Source of the DNA: Balamuthia mandrillaris
Lineage: Eukaryota
Assembly (NCBI GenBank): GCA_031835245.2
Contig: JAVKOQ020000083.1
Location: 62,001-126,000 of the forward strand
Direction: 5' to 3'
Length of the DNA stretch: 64,000 nt
The notes beneath the pieces were generated by a model. That model saw only the letters and a program-made list of their open reading frames with translations, searched no databases and was not told the origin of the DNA. The position numbers and the translations under genes are program-made. Of the stretch, positions 26,701 to 38,100 are shown piece by piece. Every line of letters begins with the position of its first letter. Position 1 is the first letter of the stretch.

Positions 26701-27519
26701 AGACCTCCATTACTATGCCTTTCACCACAATCCTCGCTACCTCCTCATCCATCCACTCCATCTGCTCTCCCTCCTCCACTCCATTTGTTACTATCCACTT
26801 CTGCAACTAACTCATGATGCACTCCAAACCAGATCCATTCTATCACCTCTGCTGATGCTCCAATTAGTCCCCACTCTTCCCAAGACTCGTGCACCCTGCC
26901 CACCACACTCCTTGGCACCATCTGGAGTCCATGGACTGGCGCACCGAGCACTTCCTCAAGTCAGTTGGGGCAATTCCTGGCAAAGTGTCCTGGCAGCTGG
27001 TACCAATGGCAGAGCCTCCTGTTTGATTTCGCCCCTCCAGCAGCTGCCACTAGGGCCAGGGTAGGCAATGATGCTGGAGCTGCCAGTGGCCCAGCTGCCA
27101 CCAGGAACCTGCCAGCCGCTCCTTGGCCAGCCCACTTTCGTGATGATGAGGAAAAGGCCTCCACAGAGGAAGACAGCCCCTTTGTTCTGGCCGTCCTTGC
27201 TGCATATGCCATATGCAGCCTATCCAGGTTGATCACATCGAAGATCATACCCTCTCTTGCTGGTTCCTCCAAGTGGGCCACTATCTTCCAGCCCTCCAAG
27301 TCCACCATAGCCACCACTGCTGATCTTTGCTTGAGAATCTCCAGCACCCGTCCCAATTCAAGACTCGCCAAGTCCCAATTAGAGGTGTGCAGCACTTCCA
27401 GGATTATCTCTTCCACCTGCTGCAAGACCAGGAACTCATGCTTGTTCCTCTCTTTTCTGATGGCCCACGGGCTCCCTGGTCGCATTGGCCCCGGGTCCCC
27501 TCAATGCAGCCAAGGCAAG
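23782..27519 (-). mobile_element. Older, decayed DIRS/PAT-type tyrosine-recombinase retrotransposon, 5' truncated
   Basis: gag with degenerate CCHC (CHWYQLPGHFARNC), RT GIYVDDF (~26340), RNase H MDASTKGWG/HINHKEL, methyltransferase-like region, YR remnant (THSLQIEGAMAM..AMGGWRL) at ~24125-24300. Many stops and frameshifts. Confidence 0.88.
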
Positions 27520-28070
27520 TTCCACTCCCCACTATGCCGAGCCCTGGCCCTCTCACCATGCAGAGAAACTGAGAAACTGATAGAAGCGCGCTCCCTCCCC
27601 AGGAGCCTTTATTACACTCAATAAAGGCACCTACAGGCCTATACACATTGGCCTAACCTCAATGAACCTACGCATCTCCAGAGATGGGCAGAGAGGGTGG
27701 GTGGGTGGGAAGAACCTCACCCACAAGTTGAGCCAAACGCCAACTACGTCCGTCTAAACTTCAGAAAAACGCGCACTAAGAATAAACTTCTTAGAGCGCC
27801 CAAGAAACCACCTCTCCTCAAAAATTGCGACCAGAACTCCAAAGGAGTTCCTCCAATCCACTGTCGCAATTTTACCACAACACCACAACTCCGTACTCAC
27901 CCTCAAACACTAACTAGCACAGAGAGGGCACAGGGCTCGAGCTCCATTCGTGGAACTAACCTTCCGCAAGCAGAAGGCAAGTTCCACTCCCCACTACGCC
28001 AAGCCCTGGCCCTCTCACCATGCAGAGAAACTGATAGCTCCAGAGGGGAACGAAGACCAATCATCGCCAA

Positions 28071-29059
28071 TCACAGACCCATTTTGCTCGAGGTACCAGC
28101 TGCTGCCACTGCTACAGCTCGAAGATACAGTAGCACAGCCTCCGAACGCCATCCTCCCACCGCCTGAATGGTCGAAATCTGCATACCCACAGACGCCATG
28201 GCAGTAGCTCCTCCAATTCGAAGGCTATGGCCTCCTAACAGCAGTCCTTTCCAGCCCGTCTTGTCCGCCATTAGGCGAACGATGTCCCGAACCTTGTCCG
28301 TGTTCAGTCTCGCTCCGCTAGCATCGCTGAACAGAGGACCCGGGGCATCGCCTCGGACCTCCAAGTAGCGCCGAATTATGGTCACAGGGTCAGTAGGAGA
28401 CCTGACTGACGCTTCCACTGGTATGGCGTCCCTCAAGGACGCCTTCACCGTCTTAGACTCCTTCCCCTGAATCCAAAACATACCTCCCGTGGCGTCCTAC
28501 GAAACGTCCGTCCTGTCCAATTTGCAAGGTCCCCGCCACGGAGCATAGTGCGCAGCCCCACTACCACAAGGGCCGCATGGTGCCGCCACTCCCACTCTGA
28601 AACACCCACTGGACAGGCGACCAGCCACTGCGCCAGAATCTCCACCAGGAATGGCGCCCTACGACGGGCAAAGCCCTTTGCCAGCCTGACCTCTCTCTTG
28701 ATGCCACGGACCAGCAACATAACTGCGTTATTGCTGGTAGGGTTGGGCCAAGAGAGATCCTCGTGAAGCTGGGAGATAGCCGAACGAGCCACGTCCACAC
28801 TTCCCCCCCTGCCTGCCAAGAACACGGCCACCAAAAACCGTGACACCAGATTAGGAGATGCTGGCAACGGTTGAGCCACCTGCATGTCCCAACAGAAATC
28901 AAAGAACATGGCCACCCAGCGCTCATATCTGCGCCAAGTGTCAGGCATCCTGGCCTCCCGGATGAGAGCTCCACCCACGTCCGTCAAGTAGCGATCCACC
29001 TCCGCGCCATTGACGGCCTTCCTCTCAACCCGTCCACATGTGCCATCCAAAAAGACCAA
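28071..29059 (-). pseudogene. Tyrosine recombinase of the PAT-like element (frameshift at ~28500)
   Basis: LRTMLRGGDL (catalytic R), GHSLRIGGAT (HxxR), GGWRSEAVLLYLR (W, Y). Confidence 0.9.
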
Positions 29060-30900
29060 CTGTCATTTCCCCAAGCCTCCACCTGGCCTGAGGGGCCGGG
29101 GGGAAAATCCTCGGCCGTCATTACAAAGTGGTCCACCATCAACTCCAGCAGCTGCAGCCACCAAGGTTGTCCAGTCCACACCGGAACTACAATAGAAGCT
29201 CTTGCCCCATGCTCTAAGACCAGCTGAAGCACCATCGGGAGGAGAGCAAAAGGGCATGCAACGTAATTGACCTCGCCGGACCAGTTCTGCACCAGTGCAT
29301 CCACACCCTCCCCACCACCACCGAAATTCACGCAATTGAACCTGCTCAGCTTCATATTGTCTCTTGAGGCAAACCTGTCTATCATATGGGGTCCCCAGCA
29401 AGCCTCTGCCTCCGAAAATGCTCTGCCGGAGACGGTCCAGTCCCCCACAGCTATCGCCCTGCTGTCGAGATCTGCCAGCCAATTCTCGTCCGATGGCACC
29501 CACACTGCCTCGTGGATGACCACCTTGAAATCGAACGTCAGCAGCCAAAGCTTCTGGGCCTCCAGCCAGAGCTCGGGAACTCTTCCTGCTCCACGCTCGA
29601 TGTACGACCGCGCCACCTGGCTGTCCACCTGAATGCGAACAGTGTGGCCTTCCAAGAGATCACTGCACGCCTTCAACACCTTCCGTGCTGCAATCACCTC
29701 CAACACGTTGATGTGCTTGCCCAGATGCTTGGCCGACCAAGTGCCACCCACCGTCCTGCCCAGGCAACACCCGCCCCAGCCCAAGAGGGATGCATCCGGA
29801 GCCACCCAAGTGATCCTCTCTGGCCTCCACAGGGGCCATCCATTGTACTTGTTGAAGTTGCGAACAATCCACTCTAAACGGTTCACTGCCAGCTCGCTCA
29901 GCAATACTTCCATGTCCCACGCCCATGCAGGGCGGTCAGCAATAACGTCATACCATGGCCTGGCGACCCAACAGGCCAGCCCGAAGCCCCTCTTCACGGA
30001 AATCACCCGACCAGCCAATCTCGCCAACTTCTTGACTGGGACCCTTCCACCTGAGACCCCCTGTTGGCGCAACAGCCGTTTTGCACCCACAAGGATCCGC
30101 TTCCGTTTGTTTGAAGGAACAAAGCATACCCCCAAGATGGTATCTATTCCCATGCCCAAGACAATGCCCCATTGCGTTGGTTTCCACTTGGTTTTTTCTG
30201 AAGGAACAAGGCCCAGCCAGTCAATGTCTCTTCTGACGTCCACTATTGCTGGATCCAACTTCGGAACTGTCTCTTCTGCCAACATAAAGTCGTCCACGTA
30301 GACGCTTGCGACTTTGCCCTCCCAGCACCACTTGGCCACTGGGACTCTCGTTGTCTTGGTGAATGTCCAAGGGGAGAGGGTACAGCTGAATGTTAGCACC
30401 CAGTACTCGTAGTATTTCCCTTCCCAGATGAACCCTTGGTACCGCTGAGACTCTGGAGTGACCCACACATGCTGGTAGCCCGCCTCCAAGTCGATCGTGA
30501 TGAACCACCACCCTCTTTCTATCATACGAATGAATTTGTCCAACGTATCCAACTTGCTCCTTTGTTTTGGCAGGAAGTTGTTGACCTTGATCATATTGAT
30601 CACCATTCAATACTTCTTCAGGCCTTTCTTTGGGGCACAACGCACTGGAGAAACTGCCAATGGAGGAAAGCGAGGCATGTCCACAATCCTGTTTGTTGAC
30701 AGCTGAGCTACCTTGTTCCACAAGAACTGATGTTCCTCCTTGTTCCTCACTGTGTTTTGTGCTCACCTTGGCAGCTGTCCTGGCTGAGGCTGAATGACTG
30801 CCCTGTCCTGGATCCAACTCAGCACCAATGCAGGGGCTCCAAAGGCCACCCAGACATCCAGGCGCTGATGAATACACCCCACCACCGACTCCAAACCAGG
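28984..30900 (-). CDS. RT-RNase H-adenine methyltransferase-like ORF of the PAT-like element (5' part frameshifted)
   Basis: IDLEAGYQH, VYVDDF, PDASLLGWGG, HINVLE, QVDSQVA, NWLADLDSR, then WGPHMIDRFAS..VDALVQNW..VVPVWTGQPWW. Confidence 0.9.
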
Positions 30901-32165
30901 GTTGCTGCCTGACCACTTGGTGATTGGTGGAGGGGTAAAGCCTTCAGTTGCCACTGGTGAAAGAGGATGCTCCACCAGAAGCACCACTCCCACCACCTCC
31001 CCTCTGCTGCTGAAAGCGAGAGGGGCAGAAAGGGGAAATGTGGCCGAGCTGGCCACAAACGTAGCAGGACGGCTGCCTTTTACCCTTCCTGGCTCCAGAG
31101 GAGCCCGAAACTGAACCATCCCCTGCTACAGCAGGGGCAGCCGCTGAAGAAGCAGCTGCCAAAGCCTTAGACGCCCTTCCCGTGGATGCCTTCTTAGGCT
31201 TAGAAGCTGCTGATGCTCTAGCCCAGCAGATCTGCTCGGAAAACTTCATCCGTAGCCCCGCGTCCTGCAACTGGACCTCTTCAGCAAAAGCTGAAGCAAC
31301 CACCCAGCTGTCTGAGTCTGCCAGTTCCAACATAACAACGCAGGCTTCCAACAAAGCAAGAGCCTCTTCAATCTCTCTAGTGACCGCCTGTGGAGAACTG
31401 GCCTGTCAAGCCCTTTCCAAACACCAAGCTACTGCCACTAATAAGGAATACTCGTTTGTATTCCTATCCTGGGCGAAAGTGTGGTCCCTCCACCAAGACT
31501 CAGCCTGGGCGACTGCGGCCTCAGCCCGAAGGGGATTATTCTCAAACACGAGCTGATCCAAACGGTCGAACGTGGCCTCCGCCCACAAGGGAACTGACTC
31601 CTCCGCCACCTCCATCTCCTGCTCCTCCAGCTCCTCAAACCAGGCAGTCCGCAATTCACCACCAGCCACCAAGCCACGCTATATAGGTACCACTCCAGTC
31701 CTCCTTTTCGCTGGACGCACTTTTTCTTTCCCTTTGTCCCGGACCCCAGATGAATGTTGAGAAGCAGCGCCCGGGGCAGGCTGAGAAGATGGGGGCAAAA
31801 CAGCTCCACCAGCAACCACCGAATGAGAGGCCTCCTGGTCAGGAGCCCTGCTGCTGCTAGGCTCCTCCGTCTGCACCACATCCTCGTCCTCGTACTCCAT
31901 CTCGTCTTCCACTGGAGGGATAGCCAGCTTATCCTGAACCGCAGCCCAGTGTCTCCGGGTCCAACCTTTTGGCTCCAGCCATCGCCAGAGCCGACTTGTA
32001 GAGTTGCGCCTCCACCGCAGCATGATGCTCCGAGATTGAAAACTCCCCAGGACCATTCAAGAGCTCGCTTGAGCCTGAAAGGCGCACGACCTGACTATCA
32101 GTCAAGTCCGCAACAAACTGCTTCACCAACTCTCTCAGACGTTGCTGGCTCTTAGCCACCATCAC
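30900..32165 (-). pseudogene. gag-like ORF of the PAT-like element, fragmented
   Basis: Zinc knuckle CYVCGQLGHISPFC at ~31020-31070; several overlapping ORF pieces. Confidence 0.75.
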
Positions 32166-32498
32166 AAATCAAGAGAAAAACAAACAAAGGAAACAAAACA
32201 AACCAAAAACCCAAAAAGAGGTACAAAGAACCTCACCCACAAGTTGAGCCGAACTCCAACTACGTCCGTCTAAACTTCAGAAAAACGCGCACTAAGAATA
32301 AACTTCTTAGAGCGCCCAAGAAACTACCTCTCCTCAAAAATTGCGACCAGAACTCCGAAGGAGTTCCTCCAATCCACTATCGCAATTTTACCACAACACC
32401 ACAACTCCGTACTCACCCTCAAACACTAACTAGCACAGAGAGGGCACAGGGCTCGAGCTCCGTTCGTGGAACTAACCTTCCGCAAGCAGAAGGCAAGA

Positions 32499-32570
32499 TC
32501 CGCTGTGGTGTAGTCGGTAACACTGTTGGCTTTCACCCAGCTACCCCGGGTTCGATTCCCGGCAGCGGAG
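32499..32570 (+). tRNA. tRNA-Glu (TTC)
   Basis: TCCGCTG..CAGCGGA acceptor stem, anticodon arm GTTGG-CTTTCAC-CCAGC, T-arm CCGGG-TTCGATT-CCCGG, followed by a T5 Pol III terminator. Confidence 0.95.
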
Positions 32571-35149
32571 ATTATTTTTGTTATTTTTCATAATAATTAA
32601 AATAAACCCAACCCATGCTGTCACAACTCTATTCTACTAACTCCTCATGTTAGGTCTCTTCCTGGACCCTCAGCTTCCCTTTTTCATATTTTTCCCCTTT
32701 TTTCTATTTTTCTTTTCCCTTTGTGCAACCGTGGTCCTCTGCAGCATAAGAGCATAAAAGCTGCCCTTCAATAAAACTCTTCTCAGTTTGGGCACCTCCT
32801 TAGCACTTCTCACTTGCTGTCCTCTGCAGTGTGAGAGCACAAAAGCTGCACCTCAATACAACCCTTCTCAGTTTGTGCACATCCTCAGCACAAATGAATT
32901 ATTCTAAAACGCCCTTCAAGTATGGGACAAACCTGAGCAGGTTCCCTTAATGGATTGGAGAAGAACTCAGCCAAATGCTTCTTCTGGCCCTCCTTGATGG
33001 AATTGCCCTTATAGGTCATGAAGAGGTTAAAGAGAATGATTTGTGCCTTAAGTGCCTTCCCTTGGAGCTTGCTCACCTCTTCAACTGTGGACACTTTAGC
33101 AATGAAAAGATCAAGTGCAGTTTTTTGCTTCTTTTGCTTCTTCTTCTTTGTGTATGTGTCCTCTTTGAAGACTGGAGCAAGGCTCTTTTGATGCTTGTCC
33201 GAGTAAGCGTTTCCCTTTTTTTTGATATTTTTTACTCTTGCTCTGCTTTTGCCTTTTGTTGTTGATGCAACTCTTGCTCTCTTTTCTTGAAGGCCTTACT
33301 TTGTTTCCTTTTTTGATTTCATGTCTCCTGTTCATCCAAGTTGTCCAAATGTTGCTGGACACCAGTAGTCATGTTCAATCCTAGTTCTCCAAATGTGCTT
33401 GCAGTTGTGCTTCCCTTTCTTCCAAGGTTTCTTCATAATGTAGAGGGAAATGCTTGGTCTCCAAAGGTAGGCAGGTTTTTGTCCTTTAGTGTGTCTTTTG
33501 TATGACACATATTTAAATTTTTGTTGTAGCAGGTATGGTAGTCATGCATGAAAACATTTGCCTTCGCCACAATGCTGTCTATCTTCTTTTTGACTTTTTG
33601 GATTTTTTTGATCCACATTACCATTATCACAGTACTCCTTTTTGCAATGATCACATACTTCCTCCTCTTCAATGTTGTCAACTTCCTTTGTCTCACAATT
33701 ACATCCTTTTTTTCACTTCAAAAGTGTTAGGTGACGGCTGATTACAGCAAGAAGTTTACAAGAAGATAAAAGCAAGCACAGCTTTTTTCCTTTCCTGACT
33801 TGGGTGATGATGTAGAAAAGGATTTCTGGGGAAAGAGCAGTGAAGGGTGTGGAATGATCCATTGAATCAAGATCCACAATCCTTTTCAGAAGGGGACAGT
33901 GGTCATTGTACTCCTTTTCAAAGTAGTGAGCCTTGGCAAACTTCATTTGCTGTTGGAATTCCTCAACTATCTCCTGTTGAAGCCTTTCTTCATACTCTGT
34001 CACAGTCTCTTTAGTTTGCTTCTTGGTAAACATCTTTGCCCATTGTTCACTTTCTTTGATGGCTGTCATTAACCATGCTTTAATTTTGGCCATGTACTTC
34101 TTTCCTTTTTGGCTTTCTCCAAGTATTTTGCAGGTCTTTTTGAAAGTTGTTTTTCAAATGCCCTGGATCATACACAATCTTTGCCTCGCTAAGTCTGGCA
34201 TCCTCATTCAAGATCTTCAAGACTGATGAATCTTGGTCATATACAAAGGTTCATAACTGAGGTAGTAGCTTCTTCTTCTCAAGCCAATCTATTGCTTGTT
34301 GAAATTCCTCTGCCTCAATTCCTTCGAATGTGCCTTCATAGTTTCCCTTCACAACCCAGACCTGTTTCCTACTCTTCAGGACCTTTGCTTTGCTCTTTGA
34401 CAGAACAACCTGGTAAAGCACCTTGTTGTTCCTGGTGTTAATTAGTGAATACACTCCATGGTTTGCATTCCTTCTATGGCTTCATGCTCCATCACCAGCC
34501 AAGGCAAGTAGTAAATCAGATGCTTCAATATACATTGCTTGCTCATCAACTGTTTTTTTGACCAAATTTTTGATCACATACTACACCATTTTCTCTACTT
34601 ATTGTACAAAGTTGCTCAACACATGTGTGTCAATCCTTGAGTACATTTTTTGTTGAAATAGCTTCTTTATGTACCTTCAGAAATCACCATTGATGCAACT
34701 AGGTTGATACTCTTTATACCAGGACCTGTTTGTTGCTTCTTTGGTGATCAAATAGAGCTACAGACCACATTTGAGTAAATTCTGCTTGAACCTCTAGTAC
34801 ATTCCGTGATTGTAATTACACATTCTCCCCCTTGCTTTAAACTCATGGCTTTCTGGGTCCCACTACATGTCTCTCCTTTCTCCTCATATCACTTTCATAT
34901 AGCCTTTATCTAACACTCCTTATCTACTATAGCTCTATTCCCATTTAATTTAATTTTTGGTATAGGCCTTAATGAGGAGATTGGCAAAGAAGAGGTTAGC
35001 AAAGAGGAAGTTGGTGATGTGATAAGGCTGGTGAGGGAACAACCCAATGGATACCAACCAACTCATTGTGTGCAGGGAAAAGACCTTTAATAGAATGAAA
35101 GAAAAGCTTACTTTCACATGGCATGACGTACCTTTGACACCAAAAGGTG

Positions 35150-38100
35150 CGCCCAGGAACAAAGTCATCAATGCCCTCACTGTTGCAGGCCTCCGTCTCC
35201 ACCTCGAAAAATGCCAGTTTGGTTATACATGAGTGTGACTCCTTGGTCATATCATATCAAGAGATGGCCGCCTACCCGACCTAGAGAAAATCTCTACCTT
35301 CGCCACTCTATCTACTCCCACCACAGGCAAGCAAATACAGAGCATCCTAGGTTTCATCAACTTCCTTTGGGACTACTTTCCTTGCTATGCAGAGATCGTG
35401 GCACCTTTTGAGCCTCTCCAGAACGTCCCTGATATCCGACCTTATTGGAATGACGACTGTCAGCAAGCACTTGATACTTTCAAGCACGGCATCTCCAGTC
35501 CAACCATCCTAAGCACACCAGATTGCGACAAACCCTTTTGTATTGGCACCGATGCTTCTCAGCATGGTGTTGGTGCTGTATTTTACCAAGAAGATGACAA
35601 CGGCAAGCATAGTTACATTTGCTTAGCCAGCAAGGCTCTCAACCCCGCTCAACACAATTATCCTTCCATCAAAAGAGAGCTGCTTGCCATCATCTTCGCC
35701 CTCCGCAGGTTCCATTACTACCTCATCGGCTGACGCTTCTTACTCTACACCAACCACAGACCTCTTGTGCATCTTTTCAACACGAAAGACCTCAATAGCA
35801 TGCTTGCGCACTGGGCTCTTGTGATCCTTCACTACGATTTCGAAGTTTTCCATCGGCCTGGCATTCACCATATCCTGGAAGACTCCCCTTCATGGTTGTA
35901 CACCCCTTCCATCCTCAGCAATACACCACTGAATGTTCCTCAAGTTCCTCAGGATGCCAAAACTCTGGCCCCAAAGCCCAAAATCAATAACATCAAACTT
36001 GATGACAGCCAACACTCGGCTCCCTCATGTACATCAAATGACTTCATCAAGGACCTTCTCAGCAAAACAGTTCCTCCACCTAATGAACATCAACAAATCT
36101 TGGAATGACTCCACTCCATCGGTCACGAAGGCGCAGAAAGCCTTCTTCGCAAAGTTCTTAAGGAAGGTTTCTTCTGGCCCAACATTCGCAATGACTGTCA
36201 CAACACAGCATGCCTTTGCAAGGAATGCCTTCGCTTCAACGTCACGCAACTTGGCTTCCACCCTCTCAAGTTGATACATGCTACTTTTCCCTTCAAGCAT
36301 ATCACCATTGACCTTACCAGCCCCTTGCAAACAGACTTTATGGGCTATCAATACATCTTCATCATCACGGACATCGCCACACATTTTATGATTCTCCGCC
36401 CTCTCAAGGACAAATCCGCAGAATAGTCTCCCATGAATTTGTCAAGATCATCTGCGAACTCGGCTTCCCCAAAATCGTCCAGTCTGACAACAGCTCTGAA
36501 TTCATCAACAAAATCATGTTTGCAGTACATGACCAGGCAGGTTTTGACCACCAGTTCATCTCTTCATACCACTCACGAGCCAACGGAGCTGCAGAAAGCC
36601 ACGTCAAGCTCACCAAATCCATGCTTCTGAAATCTCTTAAAGGTGACCTCGGACACTGGTCTACCTTCCTCCCCACCGCACAATTCGCCTTAAATCAGCG
36701 AATATCCCGCCGCTCAGACTCCAAACCCTTTGAGCTCTTCTTTGGCAGGCCTCTTTCTTACCCAGACAACTACTTTAATAGCATATCCAAGCTAAAAACT
36801 CCACGTGAGATCATTTCTCTCACCAAGGTCATGCTGCAAATCGTCTACCCTTCCATCTACAAAAAGGTTGCCAAATACTCTGCCAATGTAGAAAAACACT
36901 TCAACGCCAACAACAAAATCATTTATTTCTCTCCTGAGGACAAGGTGATGCTGAAAAACTCGTCAGCAAACTCCAAAACCAATCCCAAATTTCTTGGTCC
37001 CTTTGTTGGTAAAATCACCAACACTTATCTCAAGACTCCTCATGTTGGATCCATCCCGGACCCTCAGCTCTCCTTTCTTTTGTATCCCCCATCCTTCCTT
37101 TCTCCCTTTTCCCTTTTCTCTCGGTGTACTTTGAAGCAATGTTGAAGATTCACTCTCATTGTCCTTCCTTTATTCTCTTGAATACACTCCTTGTCTCGTC
37201 ACCGACTCTTTCCTTCCTAAGGTTGGATTCAACCAACATTTTTTTTGACTTACATAAGTGATTCAAATCCCCTCTTGCGCTACGCACATCATGGAAGCCA
37301 CAGCCACTCTTGACACCCTCCGTGAACAGCTTCACAAGGCACAACAGGAGTACCTCCGCATGCTCCAACAATCTTTTCAACTTGAGCTCGACATCCCCAG
37401 CTGTCCCGAGACTGAACGCTTCGCCAAAGAAGAAGAACAGCGCAAGTTAAATGAAGTCGTAGAACACATTAGAAAGGCCATGGAACGGTTACAACAACGT
37501 ATAGACAGCTTTGCTATTTTCCTCGCATCCACCTCGGCCACACTAGGCAATTCTTCCACATGCAACACTTCCGCTGCCGCTGTTTCTCCTCCCTTGCCGT
37601 TCCACAGATCTCTCCCATACAGTTACCTCATTCGAGTTCACCCTCTCCCGTTGACATTTCCATCAACAACACAACGCTTCCAACAGCACACACGTTGCCT
37701 CTGTCCCAGAACAACACAACTACTCCTTCCCCTTCTACTCAGAAGAAAATGCCTCGCCTTCCCCCCAGACTACCTAAGTTCGACGTCAGCAAGCGCCAGG
37801 ACCCTGCTCTTCACACCATGGAACTGAAGTATCACCTCAACGCCTACAACTACCCTGAGGATAGATGGACGCAATGCCCTCATCACCACCCTTGTTGGAG
37901 ACGGACGTCTTTGGGCCATTAGCGCTCTACGAGACCAACCGTGGAACGTTGCCCGAGACCTCTTCCATCGGCACTACCGCCTTCCAGACATCAAGGCTAC
38001 AATGATTGAGGCCGTCATGTTGTTTTGACAGAAGCCTGGCGAAAGCATTTATCAACTTATCAATCAGTATTCTATACTCTGTAATCGTCTTCCTGACACC

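Larger units (their letters stand above)
27520..32497 (-). mobile_element. Full-length PAT-like tyrosine-recombinase retrotransposon with split direct repeats (A1-gag-RT/RH/MT-YR-B1-A2-B2)
   Basis: A1 32226-32497 and A2 27710-27981 (272 bp, ~6 differences); B2 27520-27682 and B1 27982-28045 (internally deleted); all coding domains present but frameshifted. Confidence 0.92.

Noticed and set aside
27520..32497. DIRS1-type inverted terminal repeats or a conventional LTR element
   Set aside because: Repeats are direct and split (A..B-A-B), and the element encodes a tyrosine recombinase, not a DDE integrase.
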